NCBI GenBank assembly: GCA_963785725.1
Contig: CAWAWS010000007.1
Coordinates: 224,001-288,000, forward strand
Direction of reading: 5' to 3'
Source of the DNA: an uncultured delta proteobacterium
GTDB taxonomy: Bacteria; Myxococcota_A; Polyangia; Palsa-1104
DNA length: 64,000 bases
Shown here one piece after another: positions 41,475 to 55,488 of the stretch. Position 1 is the first letter of the stretch. The number at the start of each line of letters is the position of its first letter. The translations under genes and the position numbers were made by a program. The notes below the pieces were generated by a model. That model did no database searches, was not told where the DNA came from, and worked only from the letters and a program-made list of their open reading frames with translations.

Positions 41475-41548
41475 CGCAGCCAGAAGGATTCGAACCTCCG
41501 ACCCTCGGTTCCGTAGACCGATGCTCTATCCAGCTGAGCTATGGCTGC
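41475..41548 (-). tRNA. tRNA-Arg(ACG)
   Basis: TAGCTCAGCTGGATAGAGC D arm; TCGGT-CTACGGA-ACCGA anticodon arm. Confidence 0.95.
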
Positions 41549-41575
41549 ATAATCTAATGCTTATTTTATTACCAG

Positions 41576-41662
41576 CGGAGAGGGAGGGATTCGAACCCTC
41601 GATACAGTTTCCCGTATGCCGCCTTAGCAAGGCGGTGCCTTCGGCCACTCGGCCACCTCTCC
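41576..41662 (-). tRNA. tRNA-Ser(GCT)
   Basis: CCGCC-TTGCTAA-GGCGG anticodon arm, long variable arm. Confidence 0.95.
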
Positions 41663-41702
41663 GATGAATGCTCGCGCATGTCGCTATTCGATTGTCAGAC
41701 CG

Positions 41703-41785
41703 CGGAGGGAGAGGGATTCGAACCCCCGGGACTTTCATCCAGCGGTTTTCAAGACCGCCGCCTTAAACCGCTCGGCCATCCCTCC
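41703..41785 (-). tRNA. tRNA-Ser(TGA)
   Basis: GCGGT-CTTGAAA-ACCGC anticodon arm, long variable arm. Confidence 0.95.
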
Positions 41786-41907
41786 AGTAGCAAAACGGAT
41801 GGACTCCATAACAAGAGCTTGGGCGGTTGTAAAGCGGATTCTGGCACCGCGCCAGCTAGGCATAACGTGGTATTCTGACGCGCGCCTTCCGGGTGCCCGA
41901 GACCTCC

Positions 41908-44900
41908 ATGAAGATCACCTGCGAGCGCTGCAGCGCTCAGTACGACCTCGACGAAAGCCGGATTCCCCCGTCGGGGATGATGATGAAGTGTCCGGCCTGC
42001 TTGCACTCTTTCGCCGTGCGACGGCAGAGCAGCTCGGGCATGCCCGCCGTGCCGCCGGCGCCGGTCGTGCAAAATCCGCCGCCGCGCCGCCGCGAGATCG
42101 AGGTCTCGACGTTCGGCGAGGATGAAGGGCCGACGGTCCTGCCGCCGCCGACGCCGGGCATGATCGCGCTCGACGATCCGGATGCGATCGATCTACCCGC
42201 ACCCAAAGAAGATTTCATCGATCTGCCGGCGCCCAAAGAGCGCTCGCGCAAGCCGTCGATCCCGCCGCCGCGGCAACGGACGTCGTCGATCCCGCCGCCG
42301 TCGCGCCCGAAAGTGCCGACGCCGGCGCCGTTCGAGAACGATCACACCTACGACGAGACGGCGTTTCCGTCGGGGCCGCTGCCGGGTTTGGGGCCGGACG
42401 AGATCGATCTGCCGGCGCCCGTCGATCCAGGTCGGCGGCAGGACATCGTCGATCTGCCGGCGCCGAAGTCGGGCACGTCGCGGCCGCTGTCGTTGGCGGA
42501 CGAGAACATCGATCTGGCCGAGCTGCCGGCGCCGAAAGAGCGCGGCCATCAGGTGGGCATCTCGCTCGACGCGCCCGATCCCGAAGATTTGGAGCTGCAC
42601 GACTCGTTGAGCTTGGGCGCGCCGGAGCTGGAGCTGGACGCGATCGACGTCGTGGCGCCGCGCGACGATCGCCCCGAGCTGCCGGCGCCGAAGCACGAAG
42701 TGCTCGATGTGGCGCCGCGCCAAGAGACGCTCGATGTCGCGCCGCGCTTGGAGACGCAGGACGTGGCGCCGCGCAAGGACGCCTTCGAGGTGGCGCCGCG
42801 GCCGGCGAAGGCGCCCGAGCCGGCCGCCGAACGACCGCGACAGTCGCAGCCGCGCCTGACCAAAGCGCAGGCGGCCAAGGTCAAAGCCGCCGAATCCACC
42901 GACGATGAGCCGCGTCGTCGCTGGCCGCGGGTCGTGGCGGCGCTCGGCGGCGTCGTGCTCTTGCTCGGCGGCGTCGGCGTCGCGCTCGGCGTGTTCACCG
43001 GGTTCGGGCAGAAGCTCTTGCGCGGCGGCTCGTCGGCACGGCAGGAGCAGCAGCTCAACGTCGCGCGCAATCAGATGACCGACGACACCTTGGGCGCCTA
43101 TCGCAAGGCGGCGGCGGCGATGAAGTCGCTGCTCGAGGTCGACCCGACGGCGTTCGAAGCGGGCGCGCTGGCGGCGCAAGCGGAGTTGGGCGCGGCCCAT
43201 CTCGGCGTCGCGGCCGAGCTGCGTAACGCCGACGCGCAGCTGGCCAAGCTCACCGACGAAAAAGCGGCGCAGCTGCCGGATGTGTTGAAGGCGCGCGCGC
43301 TGCGCTCGTCGGTGGCGGGCGCGTATCCCGACGCGCGCAACAAGCTCGGCGCGGTGTTGGCCAAGGCGCCGGCGGACTCGGCGGCGCTGGTCTATTTGGG
43401 CTGGACCGAGCTGGCCGCGGGCGATCCGGCGGCGGCCGACAAGGCGTTCGCGAAGGCGCTCGCCGCCGAGGCGTCGCGGGCGCAGGCGTTGTACGGCGAC
43501 GCCGTGGCCAAAGAGCGGCTGGGCGACGTCAAAGGCGCGGGCGAGCTGTATCAGCGCGCGCAGGCACGGTCGCCGCTGCACCTGGGCGCGGCGGTCGGCT
43601 TGGCGCGCACGACGAAGCCGCCGGCGGAAGCGCAAGCGGCCGTCGAGGAGCTGATCAAGGCGCGCACGGCGACGGCGGCGCCGCGCGAATTGGCGGACGC
43701 GTGGGCGACGGTCGGCGTGCTGGCCGAGAAGGCCGGGCGTCATGACGAAGCCGAAGATCGGCTGAAGCGCGCGCTGGCGCTCGACGCCGATCATGCGATC
43801 GCGCGCGTGGCCTTGGCCAACGTGCAGTGCGAGCTCAAGCGTTGCGCCGATGCCGTGGCGCCGATGGAGAAATTGGTGGCCGCGCAGCCGAAGAACGTCG
43901 AAGCGAAGCTGGCGTTGGCGCAGGCGCAGCTCGGCACCGGCGCCATCGCCGACGCGGCGGCGACGTTGGGCGCGGCGGCGACGCTGGCGCCGAAGTCGGC
44001 CGACGTGCTCTTCGGGCAGGCGCGCTTGGCGTTGGCGCAGCCGAAGATCGATCGTGAAGGTGCGCTGGCGAAGCTGAAGGACGCGATCGCCGCCGATCCC
44101 AAGCTGATTCCGGCGTACATCACGGAGTCGACGACGCTGGGCGCGCTCGGTCGCGACGACGACGCCGTCGCCGCGCTGCAAGCGGCCGAGAAGCAGGCCG
44201 CCGACAGCGCCGAGCTGATGACGCAGCTCGGGGACGCCTATTTGACGCTGGGCAAGCCGGTGGAGGCGGAGATGCGTTATCGCGCGGCGCTGTCGAAGCA
44301 GCCGGACGCGCGACCGGCGCGCATGGCGTTGGGCGCGGCGCTCGAGGCCGAGAACAAGCTCGACGACGCGCGCGCCGAATACGAGCATGTGGCCCAGGAT
44401 GACGCGCAATATCCGGGCGTGACCGAGCGGCTGGCGCGTTTGGCCGCCAAACAGGGGCACAAGACGGAAGCGGCGCAGCTTTACGACAACGCGCTCAAAG
44501 AGGGCGTGCCGACGGCGGCGCTGCGTTTGGCGGCGGCGCAGCTGTTCTTGGATCCGGCGATCAATCGTCGCGACGACGCGCTGAAGCTGGCCGAGTCGGT
44601 GACGGCCGAGGACGATCGCTCGGCGCCGGCGCACCTCGTCGTGGCGCGGGCGCAGCTCGAGGCCGGTCGGCCCGATGACGCCTTGCCCGAGGCGCGGCGC
44701 GCGGCGACGCTGGCCGACCTGCCCGAGGCGCACTTCATTTTGGGCAAGGTGTTGGAGTCGATGTCCAAGCTCGATCAGGCGATCAACGAGTACGGCTTGG
44801 CGCGGCGACCGCCCGTGGAAGCCGAGGCGTCGCTCGGTCGCGCGCGCATCTTGGTGCGCATGGGCGCGACGAAGGATGCCTTGACCGAGCTCACGGCGTT

Positions 44901-45294
44901 GGCCAAGGATCCCAAGCTGCGCGCGCCGGCGCTGCTCTTGAGCGGCGATTGTTATGCCGATTTGCAGCAAGCCGATCGCGCGCGTCACGCGTACGAAGAC
45001 GCCGTGCGCGCGGCGCCGAACTCGGGTGACGCGGCGTTCAAGCTGGGCCGCGCGTTCCACGACGCCGGCCGCCGCCACGACGCCATCATGCAGCTCGAGC
45101 GCGCCGTGAAGCTCGACGGCGACAAGGCGAGCTGGGCCGCCGAAGCCGACCTCTTGCTCGGCGACGCCCATCGCGAAGGTCACGAGAACGACGCGGCCGT
45201 GCGCGCCTACAAGCGCTACCTCGAGATCGCGCCGGCGAGCGCGCCCGAGCGGGTCGAAGTGCAGAAGCACATCGCAGTGCTCGGAGGTAATTAG
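41908..45294 (+). CDS. Zinc-ribbon (MJ0042-type), repeat linker, TM and TPR protein
   Basis: CERC...CPAC, DLPAPK repeats, TM helix, long TPR array. Confidence 0.85.
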   Translation: MKITCERCSAQYDLDESRIPPSGMMMKCPACLHSFAVRRQSSSGMPAVPPAPVVQNPPPRRREIEVSTFGEDEGPTVLPPPTPGMIALDDPDAIDLPAPKEDFIDLPAPKERSRKPSIPPPRQRTSSIPPPSRPKVPTPAPFENDHTYDETAFPSGPLPGLGPDEIDLPAPVDPGRRQDIVDLPAPKSGTSRPLSLADENIDLAELPAPKERGHQVGISLDAPDPEDLELHDSLSLGAPELELDAIDVVAPRDDRPELPAPKHEVLDVAPRQETLDVAPRLETQDVAPRKDAFEVAPRPAKAPEPAAERPRQSQPRLTKAQAAKVKAAESTDDEPRRRWPRVVAALGGVVLLLGGVGVALGVFTGFGQKLLRGGSSARQEQQLNVARNQMTDDTLGAYRKAAAAMKSLLEVDPTAFEAGALAAQAELGAAHLGVAAELRNADAQLAKLTDEKAAQLPDVLKARALRSSVAGAYPDARNKLGAVLAKAPADSAALVYLGWTELAAGDPAAADKAFAKALAAEASRAQALYGDAVAKERLGDVKGAGELYQRAQARSPLHLGAAVGLARTTKPPAEAQAAVEELIKARTATAAPRELADAWATVGVLAEKAGRHDEAEDRLKRALALDADHAIARVALANVQCELKRCADAVAPMEKLVAAQPKNVEAKLALAQAQLGTGAIADAAATLGAAATLAPKSADVLFGQARLALAQPKIDREGALAKLKDAIAADPKLIPAYITESTTLGALGRDDDAVAALQAAEKQAADSAELMTQLGDAYLTLGKPVEAEMRYRAALSKQPDARPARMALGAALEAENKLDDARAEYEHVAQDDAQYPGVTERLARLAAKQGHKTEAAQLYDNALKEGVPTAALRLAAAQLFLDPAINRRDDALKLAESVTAEDDRSAPAHLVVARAQLEAGRPDDALPEARRAATLADLPEAHFILGKVLESMSKLDQAINEYGLARRPPVEAEASLGRARILVRMGATKDALTELTALAKDPKLRAPALLLSGDCYADLQQADRARHAYEDAVRAAPNSGDAAFKLGRAFHDAGRRHDAIMQLERAVKLDGDKASWAAEADLLLGDAHREGHENDAAVRAYKRYLEIAPASAPERVEVQKHIAVLGGN

Positions 45295-45297
45295 TCG

Positions 45298-47025
45298 ATG
45301 GATCTGCCAATCGATCTGGCGGCGACGCTGCGCAAGGTGAAGCGGGCGGCGCGCATGGCGCGTTCGGGCGCGCGCATCTTCCGCAACGCCGGGCTCGACG
45401 AGACGCTGACGCTCAATACGCTCTGGGCCGTCGGCAAAGTGGCGCGCGAAGCCAGCGACGGCGTGCGCGGCATGACGATGGTGGCGCGGCTGCACGCGTT
45501 CGCCGATCCGCTGCGACCGGCGCTGGTGTGCGGCGACGAGCGGCTGAATTTCGGCGAGCTCAACGAGCGCATCAACCAGCTGACCCACGGGCTGCACGCG
45601 CTCGGCATCGGGCCCGGCGAGCGCATCGCGGCGTTCATGCACAACGGCAACGAATACGTCGAGCTGAACGCGGCCTTGCAAGCGGTCGGCGGGCAGAACG
45701 TGCAGATCAGCTATCGGCTGAAAGCGGGCGAAGTCGCCTATATCCTCGAGAATTCGCGGGCGCGCGCCATGCTGTTTCACGGCGATCTGGTCGCTATCGT
45801 CGAGGAGGCGCTGGCGATCTGCGCGGCCAAAGGGCTGCCGATCGTGCGCGAGCGCTGTATCGCCGTCGACGGTGCGCCCGGCTTTCGCAGCTTCGACGAG
45901 CTGCTCGCGGCCGGCGATCCGACGACGCCGGCGCGCGTCGACGGCGGCGGCTACGGCGGCATCATGATCTACACGTCGGGCACGACCGGCCGCGCCAAAG
46001 GCGCCTCGCGCGACTTCAAGACGATGGGCCTCGAGCCGGTGCTCGACTTCATCTCGCGCTTTCCGCTGCGGCGCGACGAGCGCCATCTGGTCGTCTGTCC
46101 GCTCTATCATTCGATGGCGCCGGCGTTCGTCATCATGACGGTCATCGTCGGTGGCTGTTGCGTCATCTTGCGTGGGTTCGAGCCGCATGAAGTCCTGCGC
46201 ACGATCGAAAAAGAGCGCATCACGTCGATGTTGGTGGTGCCGACGATGTTGTCGCGCTTGATGGCGCTGTCGCCGGCCGAGCTGCGCGCGCACGATACGT
46301 CGTCGCTGCGCTGGATCATGTCGGGCGCGGCGCCGCTGCCGACCGAGCTGGCGCGGCGCGTGGAGGACACGTTCGGCCCCGTGCTCTACAACTTCTACGG
46401 CTCGACGGAGACGGCGCTGGTGTCGCTGGCGCTGCCGGGCGAGCACACGGCGCGGCCGGGCACCGTCGGCCGGCTCATCGGCGGCAACGAGCTGCGCATC
46501 CTCGACGGCGAAGGCCGTGAAGTCGGCGACGGCGAAGTGGGCGAGATCTACGTGCGCAACGACATGCTGATGGACGGCTATTACGGCAACAAAGAGGCCA
46601 CCGATCAGGCGATGCGCGAGGGCTTCTTGAGCGTCGGCGACCTCGGTTATCGCGACAAAGATGGCTACATTTACTTGGCCGACCGTAAAACGGACATGGT
46701 CATTTCCGGTGGCGTGAACATCTATCCGTGGGAGATCGAGCAGCGGCTGCACGAGCATCCGGCGGTGCACGAGGCGGCGGTCGTGGGCGTGCCCGACGTC
46801 GAATGGGGCGAGTCGCTGGCGGCGTTCGTCGTCTTGCGCGCCGGACAGTCGGCGACGGGCGACGAGCTGTCGCAGTGGGTGCGCGAGGCGCTGGCCGACT
46901 ACAAGCGGCCGCGGCGTTATGCGTTCGTCGACAGCTTGCCGCGCAATCCGACGGGGAAGATCTTGAAGCGCGAGCTCAAGGCCAGCCTGGCGCAGCAGAA
47001 CGAAGACAGCGCGGTATCGGCGTGA
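45298..47025 (+). CDS. AMP-dependent acyl-CoA synthetase
   Basis: YTSGTTGRAKG, YGSTE, GDLG, DMVISGGVN, LPRNPTGKILK. Confidence 0.93.
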   Translation: MDLPIDLAATLRKVKRAARMARSGARIFRNAGLDETLTLNTLWAVGKVAREASDGVRGMTMVARLHAFADPLRPALVCGDERLNFGELNERINQLTHGLHALGIGPGERIAAFMHNGNEYVELNAALQAVGGQNVQISYRLKAGEVAYILENSRARAMLFHGDLVAIVEEALAICAAKGLPIVRERCIAVDGAPGFRSFDELLAAGDPTTPARVDGGGYGGIMIYTSGTTGRAKGASRDFKTMGLEPVLDFISRFPLRRDERHLVVCPLYHSMAPAFVIMTVIVGGCCVILRGFEPHEVLRTIEKERITSMLVVPTMLSRLMALSPAELRAHDTSSLRWIMSGAAPLPTELARRVEDTFGPVLYNFYGSTETALVSLALPGEHTARPGTVGRLIGGNELRILDGEGREVGDGEVGEIYVRNDMLMDGYYGNKEATDQAMREGFLSVGDLGYRDKDGYIYLADRKTDMVISGGVNIYPWEIEQRLHEHPAVHEAAVVGVPDVEWGESLAAFVVLRAGQSATGDELSQWVREALADYKRPRRYAFVDSLPRNPTGKILKRELKASLAQQNEDSAVSA

Positions 47026-48686
47026 AGCGCGCGCTATTGGCGCTGTTGGCGCTGGCGACGACGGCGGCGAGCGCGCACGCCGAGCCGTTCGACAAGCTGC
47101 CCGAAGGCGCGCTGGCCTATGCCGCGGCGCGGCCGATCGTCGTCATCAACACGCTGCAGCGGCTGGGGATCGATCAGCTGCCGGCGGTGCAGCGGCTGAA
47201 GAAGCAGCTGGGCGGCATCGATCCGTTCAACCCGATCATCCTGGCGGCGCCGGGCATCGACATCAACGCGCCGCTGGTGGCGTCGCTGTTCGAGAACGTG
47301 CCCGGCTTCGGGATGCACTCGCGGATCGTGGCGCAGCTGCGTGACAAGGCGACGTTCAACACGTTCATCATGGGCGTCATCGCCAGCGGGCAGCTGCCGT
47401 TGACGGCGGCGCCGGGCATCAAGGACGCGGTCGGCATGGCGACTTTGTCGCCGAACTCGGTGTGCGTCTTGCGCATCATCGGCAACGAGGCGCTGCTCGA
47501 CGAAGTCGAAGTCGAGAACAAGAAGGCGCCGGCGGCGGCCGAGATCGCGCGTCGTTTCCCGGCGACGCCGGCGCGCAAGGTCGTCGTGACGCGCGGCGCG
47601 CGCAAGCTGTTGTCGGCCGACGCGGCGGCGGCGATCTATGTCGACGCGCGCAAGCTCGATCCGATGTTCACGCACATCGCCGCCGACGACCTGCGCGTCG
47701 CCTTGGCGGCGGCGACGACGACCGCCGAGCGCGCGGAGGTCGCGACCCGGCATCGCGCGCGCGACAAAGCGTGCGCGGCCTGGCGCCACGCGCCGACGAT
47801 GTTCGACGACGTGGCGCTGGCGCTCGACGCCAAGCCCGACGCGCTGACGCTGACCTGGGCGTGGGGCACGCAAGGCGGCGCGCCGCTCGGCGGGCTCAAG
47901 CTCACCGCGGTCGACGACGGGATCCTCGACGGTCAAGCCTTGGCGCAGTCGGGCGCGGGCATGTTGGCGCTCTACGCGGCCAGCCTGGCGCCGTTCAACG
48001 CGCTCAAGCACACCGGTGTCTTCGCGACGTCCGATTCGCTGACGCAAGCCGCCGACGGCTGCGAGACCGATTCCGGCGTGCTGTTGATGCTGCGCTCGTG
48101 GCCGTTGGCGCTGGGGACGTTGGCGAGCACCACGCCGCCACCCGGCTCACCGCTGACGATGCTCAAGCAGAGCCTGGCGACGCTGCGCAATGTCGTCATC
48201 GGCCTGCGCGACTTCAGCGCCAGCGGTCCGCGGCTGGCGGCCGCGGCCAGCTTCGATGCCAGCGCGCGCGGCTCGTTCGAGCTGATGTTGGCGGCCTTCG
48301 GCGGCGGCTCGGGCGTCGCCGGTCCCGTCGGCAAGCGCGCGCCCACGATCTACTCGCTGAAGATGCCGGATTCTTCGCGTCCGGCGTTCGCCGTCGGGCT
48401 CGAGAATGTCGCCGGCGGACGGTTCGGGCTCGCCGTCGCCGATTCCGATGAGTCGCTCAAATGGGCCTATAAAGCCGGTGACAGCGCGGCCAAGACGGAG
48501 CATCCGCCGCTGGCTCGGCTGAGCGCCGACGCGTCGCTGTTGAGCCGGCTCGGCCCCATCTTCAATGCGTCTTCGGGGGAGCAGGCGATGCTCGACCTGC
48601 TGGCGCGCTTGCGTCGCGTCGACGGCGCGCTGACGGCGGAAGGCGATCTCCTCAGCCTGACGCTGCACGCGCCCTTGAAACCCTAG
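47022..48686 (+). CDS. Hypothetical secreted protein
   Basis: GTGA overlap start, signal peptide ending AHA, host-like codon usage. Confidence 0.65.
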   Translation: MKRALLALLALATTAASAHAEPFDKLPEGALAYAAARPIVVINTLQRLGIDQLPAVQRLKKQLGGIDPFNPIILAAPGIDINAPLVASLFENVPGFGMHSRIVAQLRDKATFNTFIMGVIASGQLPLTAAPGIKDAVGMATLSPNSVCVLRIIGNEALLDEVEVENKKAPAAAEIARRFPATPARKVVVTRGARKLLSADAAAAIYVDARKLDPMFTHIAADDLRVALAAATTTAERAEVATRHRARDKACAAWRHAPTMFDDVALALDAKPDALTLTWAWGTQGGAPLGGLKLTAVDDGILDGQALAQSGAGMLALYAASLAPFNALKHTGVFATSDSLTQAADGCETDSGVLLMLRSWPLALGTLASTTPPPGSPLTMLKQSLATLRNVVIGLRDFSASGPRLAAAASFDASARGSFELMLAAFGGGSGVAGPVGKRAPTIYSLKMPDSSRPAFAVGLENVAGGRFGLAVADSDESLKWAYKAGDSAAKTEHPPLARLSADASLLSRLGPIFNASSGEQAMLDLLARLRRVDGALTAEGDLLSLTLHAPLKP

Positions 48687-48692
48687 TCGCGC

Positions 48693-50635
<1,943 letters not shown>

Positions 50636-50648
<13 letters not shown>

Positions 50649-51466
50649 TGGATGGCGCCGCCGGCGAACATCGCGTCGCGGAAGCCGATCTCGGCCGTCA
50701 CGGCGAGATGCGCGACGGGATAGAAGCGGAAGCCGACGAGCAAGTTGACGACGCCCATCACCGGCGGCTTGCTGCCCGACGCGTGGAACGACGGCGTCTG
50801 GGTCGTGTCGTCGCCGCCGCGCGTGGCGTTGAGGCGGCCTTGCAGCGTCGGGTCGCTCTTGTTGATGGGGCCGACGTTGAGCGGATAGCACTGCGACGGA
50901 TCTCTGGCGTGCGCCGCGCAGCCGGGCGAGTTGTCGTTGATGACGCTGACCGTGCCGGGAACCCAGCCGATGCCGAGACCGCCGCCGTAACGCAGCTCGA
51001 ACCAGTCGGTGAACTTGTGGTAGCCGATGAATGCGACGTCGGCGGACAAGAGGCCGAGGCCGCGGAACTGGACGTAGTGCGTATCGAGCGTCGGATCGTG
51101 ACCGGCGCCGAGGTAGTTGCCCGAGCCGACGTTGAAGACGCTGTAGTCGATCGAGGTGACGACGTCGTAGCCATTGTGGCGGTAGATGAACTCGCCGCCG
51201 ACGCCGTAGCCGCTCATCGACGTGCCCGTGTTGTGGCCGAGGTACGGCTGCAACATGAGGTGCGTGACGAAGAGCCCGCGCATGTGGGCGCCGAGCTGGT
51301 ATTTGCCGAGATCGGCCTTCGGCTCGTCGTCTTTGTCGACGGTGGAGGCGTTGGCGTCGATCTTCATCGCGCCGCCGCCGGGCGGAGCCGGCTCGTCCGA
51401 TTGCGCGTGGGCGACGACGGGAGCGACGAGGAAAAATGCAAATAAGGAATAAGCCAGGCAACGCAT
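50636..51466 (-). CDS. Hypothetical outer-membrane beta-barrel-like protein
   Basis: Signal peptide (AHA), amphipathic beta strands, terminal YLF. Confidence 0.65.
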
Positions 51467-51556
51467 GGCGCGCATCTTAGTCACAGCGCGACGAGCAATG
51501 GTACCTGTTCAGTCGATCAGCGAAAACGCCGCGCTTTGCTTACATGCTGGGACACT

Positions 51557-52252
51557 TCAGCGGGCCCCGCGTGTTTCGAGCGCATTTCGAGCGCATTCGG
51601 CGACGCCGGGATCGGAATCGGCCAGGCGCGCTTTGAGCGCGGCGCGAATGGCGGGCGTGTCGAGCAGGGGAAAGTCGGTCTCGAACGCGGCGGTCGCGTA
51701 CCAGCGGACGTCGGCGTCGGCGTCTTTGGTGAGGCGCAAGAGGGCGGCGACGGCGCGGCGGGTGGCGTCGTCCTCGCTGTCGCCGTCATCGTCGCTGGCT
51801 TGGTCGCGGCTGGCGGTGACGAGGAGCGCGCAGCCGGGCAAATAGTGGGCGACGAGGTAGCGGACAAGCACGTCGCGGTCGCCGGCGAGCGCCAACAGCG
51901 CGTCGAGGGCACGCGGCCGGCCTTGCCAGCCGATGGCGCGGACGAGCTCGTGGCGCTCCTCGCTCGACGAGGGCGCCGACGCCAGGCGCGGGAGCAAGAG
52001 GTCGAGCGTGCGGTCGGCGAAGGGGCGATCGTCGCCGCCGAGCGCCTCGAGGATGCGCAGGCCGAGGCGGCGCTGCGGCCATTCGGCGGCGGCGACGAGG
52101 GCGGTGGCGTGCGCGAACACGTCCTCGGTCGCGCGGTCGTGCAGCGCGACGAGGGCGGCGCGATCTTCGGCGGCGTCGTCGTCACCGGCGGCGGCTTGCG
52201 CGGCGAGGGCGCGATCGATCAGCGTCTGCGTGGCGGGCGGTTCGTCGGGCAT
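51557..52252 (-). CDS. HEAT repeat protein
   Basis: D.DVLVR, DADADVRWYA, DSDPGVAECA repeats. Confidence 0.7.
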   Translation of the reverse strand: MPDEPPATQTLIDRALAAQAAAGDDDAAEDRAALVALHDRATEDVFAHATALVAAAEWPQRRLGLRILEALGGDDRPFADRTLDLLLPRLASAPSSSEERHELVRAIGWQGRPRALDALLALAGDRDVLVRYLVAHYLPGCALLVTASRDQASDDDGDSEDDATRRAVAALLRLTKDADADVRWYATAAFETDFPLLDTPAIRAALKARLADSDPGVAECARNALETRGAR

Positions 52253-52518
52253 GGCGCGGGCGAATGTAGCACCAGCGGCGTGCGGCTGACGGGACGGAGC
52301 CGGGGCTGCCGTGCTGGCGTCGGCCGCGGTCGAGCGGTTGCCGGCTTGGCTCGAGCTGGCGGGCGCCCGGTGGGCGCGGCCAGCTCGAGCTCCGTCGCGC
52401 CGGCCAGCGGCGGATCGGGCCGCGCCGGTGGAAGGCTTATCGCGGGCTTGGTCTCGCAGCGCCGACGTTCGCCCCCAAGCGCAACGTCGAGACGAGTAAG
52501 CGTTCGCGCGTCGCCGCT

Positions 52519-53940
<1,422 letters not shown>

Positions 53941-53998
53941 CTGGCCATTATACGCCGAGCGAACCGCCTTCTCGACGAGCGCGAGCTAGCACTAGATG

Positions 53999-55485
53999 CA
54001 ATGCCGTTCGGATAAGGTGGAGCGTCGGCGAGGTCATGGTGCCGGTTTGGGGCGCTTGCGGTTGTAGCTGGACATCTTGATCTTCACTTCCCGAGGCAGA
54101 ACGCGGCCTGTGCGACGCTCGGGGAGCACCAAAAGCCTGAGCCGACGGGCCAACTCGTCGAGCTGTTTGGGGATGGCGCCCGGCGGCGAGTTCGAGCACC
54201 AGATCCACTCATCTCGAATGAGATCGAGCGCGTTGATGAAGCTGATGCGCGTGGGCGCCACTCCAACCTCGTCGGCCACGCGCTCGATCTCCAAGCGGAT
54301 CAGGTTGTACGCCAGCGCGATCCCCCAGAGCTCTTGTCTGATTCCCGCTGGCGTTCGACTCCGAATGCACTCTTCTCGCGCCAGCAAGTGCGTCTTGACC
54401 TCGTCGTAGGCGAGCTCGATTTCCCAGCGCTCATGGTAGAGCTCGATGACCTCGTCCGCTGGATATTGCTCGGCGTCTACCAGCGACGTCAGCAGCGTCG
54501 ATGGACGGAAGCCGCGGCGTTGATAGCGGACCGCACGCAGGCTGACTGTCGCGGGCAGCTCGGGCGTCTCCTTTCGCGCTTCTCGCGATAGTGGGATTTC
54601 GACTAGATGATCGCCTTTGCCGAGCATCTTTACGATCTTCACCGGAGTCCGCGACTTGAGGCGCGTCAGGAAGTGCTTCTCTTTGCCGCTGGCCCGAAGT
54701 TGAACCAGCGACGGCAACGGTGCACCTCGGTCGACCAGCGTCAACGAATGTTCGGGCACTTCGCGCCACAGCTCATTGGCGAGCGTCACTTCGCCGGTCG
54801 CGTAGCTCGCGAAACGAAAGGCCGAGAGGATATGCGAACGCGCGGCCATCAGCCCGACGATACGAACCATCGGATAACCGCTCATCCCGTGTTGAGCACC
54901 CGCGGATTGTCCGCCGAATTCTGCGCGGTTATCGACGGAGTCAGGCACACGTAAAGTCGTGCCGTCGTATACGTAAACGCTCAGCTCGCGCCATCGATGG
55001 CGCTCGGCGCTGCGCGCCGACCATTCGGCAGCGGTGGAATGGAACAAATAGGCGAGAGGCTCCTCGCCGAGTCGCTGGCGAGCCTCGGCGATCGCGCTTT
55101 TAGCCACCAGCCTTCCCGTCGCGCTGGGCAGACACAGGTCCAGGCTCGCGACGACGCGTTCGATGGCGCGATTGCGAAACAGCGCCATGCCCAGGACAAT
55201 CCACAGCACCTGCACGGCCGGCAGCCGTCGCTTGCGCAGCGTTGCGACGCCGGTTGCGGCCAGTGCCTCTTCAAGCTGCACCGGGTTGAGGTGGCGGGTG
55301 AAATTCTCGAACGAATCCGGCGTCGCTCGGACTGCCGTGTACTGTAGGGCGCCTTCGAGTAGCATGCGATTGCACCAGGGATGATCGCTGAATCCTGATC
55401 TCCTCAGCGCCGCGCGCTACTTTCTGCGGAGCGCTATTCAAAAACCCCGCAGCGACGATCACTTGCAGCTATCCGATCGGCATTG
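53999..55485 (-). mobile_element. IS4 family insertion sequence, complete
   Basis: TIRs CAATGCCG(T/A)TCGGATA at both ends; direct repeat GCACTAGATG at 53989-53998 and 55486-55495. Confidence 0.93.
54034..55365 (-). CDS. IS4 family DDE transposase
   Basis: LRKRRLP, ARQRLG, YDGT, VDRG, YHERWEIELAYDEVK (Y-R-E-K signature). Confidence 0.95.
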   Translation of the reverse strand: MLLEGALQYTAVRATPDSFENFTRHLNPVQLEEALAATGVATLRKRRLPAVQVLWIVLGMALFRNRAIERVVASLDLCLPSATGRLVAKSAIAEARQRLGEEPLAYLFHSTAAEWSARSAERHRWRELSVYVYDGTTLRVPDSVDNRAEFGGQSAGAQHGMSGYPMVRIVGLMAARSHILSAFRFASYATGEVTLANELWREVPEHSLTLVDRGAPLPSLVQLRASGKEKHFLTRLKSRTPVKIVKMLGKGDHLVEIPLSREARKETPELPATVSLRAVRYQRRGFRPSTLLTSLVDAEQYPADEVIELYHERWEIELAYDEVKTHLLAREECIRSRTPAGIRQELWGIALAYNLIRLEIERVADEVGVAPTRISFINALDLIRDEWIWCSNSPPGAIPKQLDELARRLRLLVLPERRTGRVLPREVKIKMSSYNRKRPKPAP

Positions 55486-55488
55486 GCA

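Noticed and set aside
41842..41857. sigma54 promoter TGGCACCGCGCCAGCT before the zinc-ribbon/TPR gene
   Set aside because: The -12 element is CAGC rather than TTGC, and a TATTCT -10-like box lies nearby; too weak to call
42193..46770. 1525-aa antisense ORF and other long shadow ORFs (e.g. 34220-36511, 23277-25670)
   Set aside because: Arg/Ala-rich antisense or alternate frames of real genes, typical of high-GC DNA
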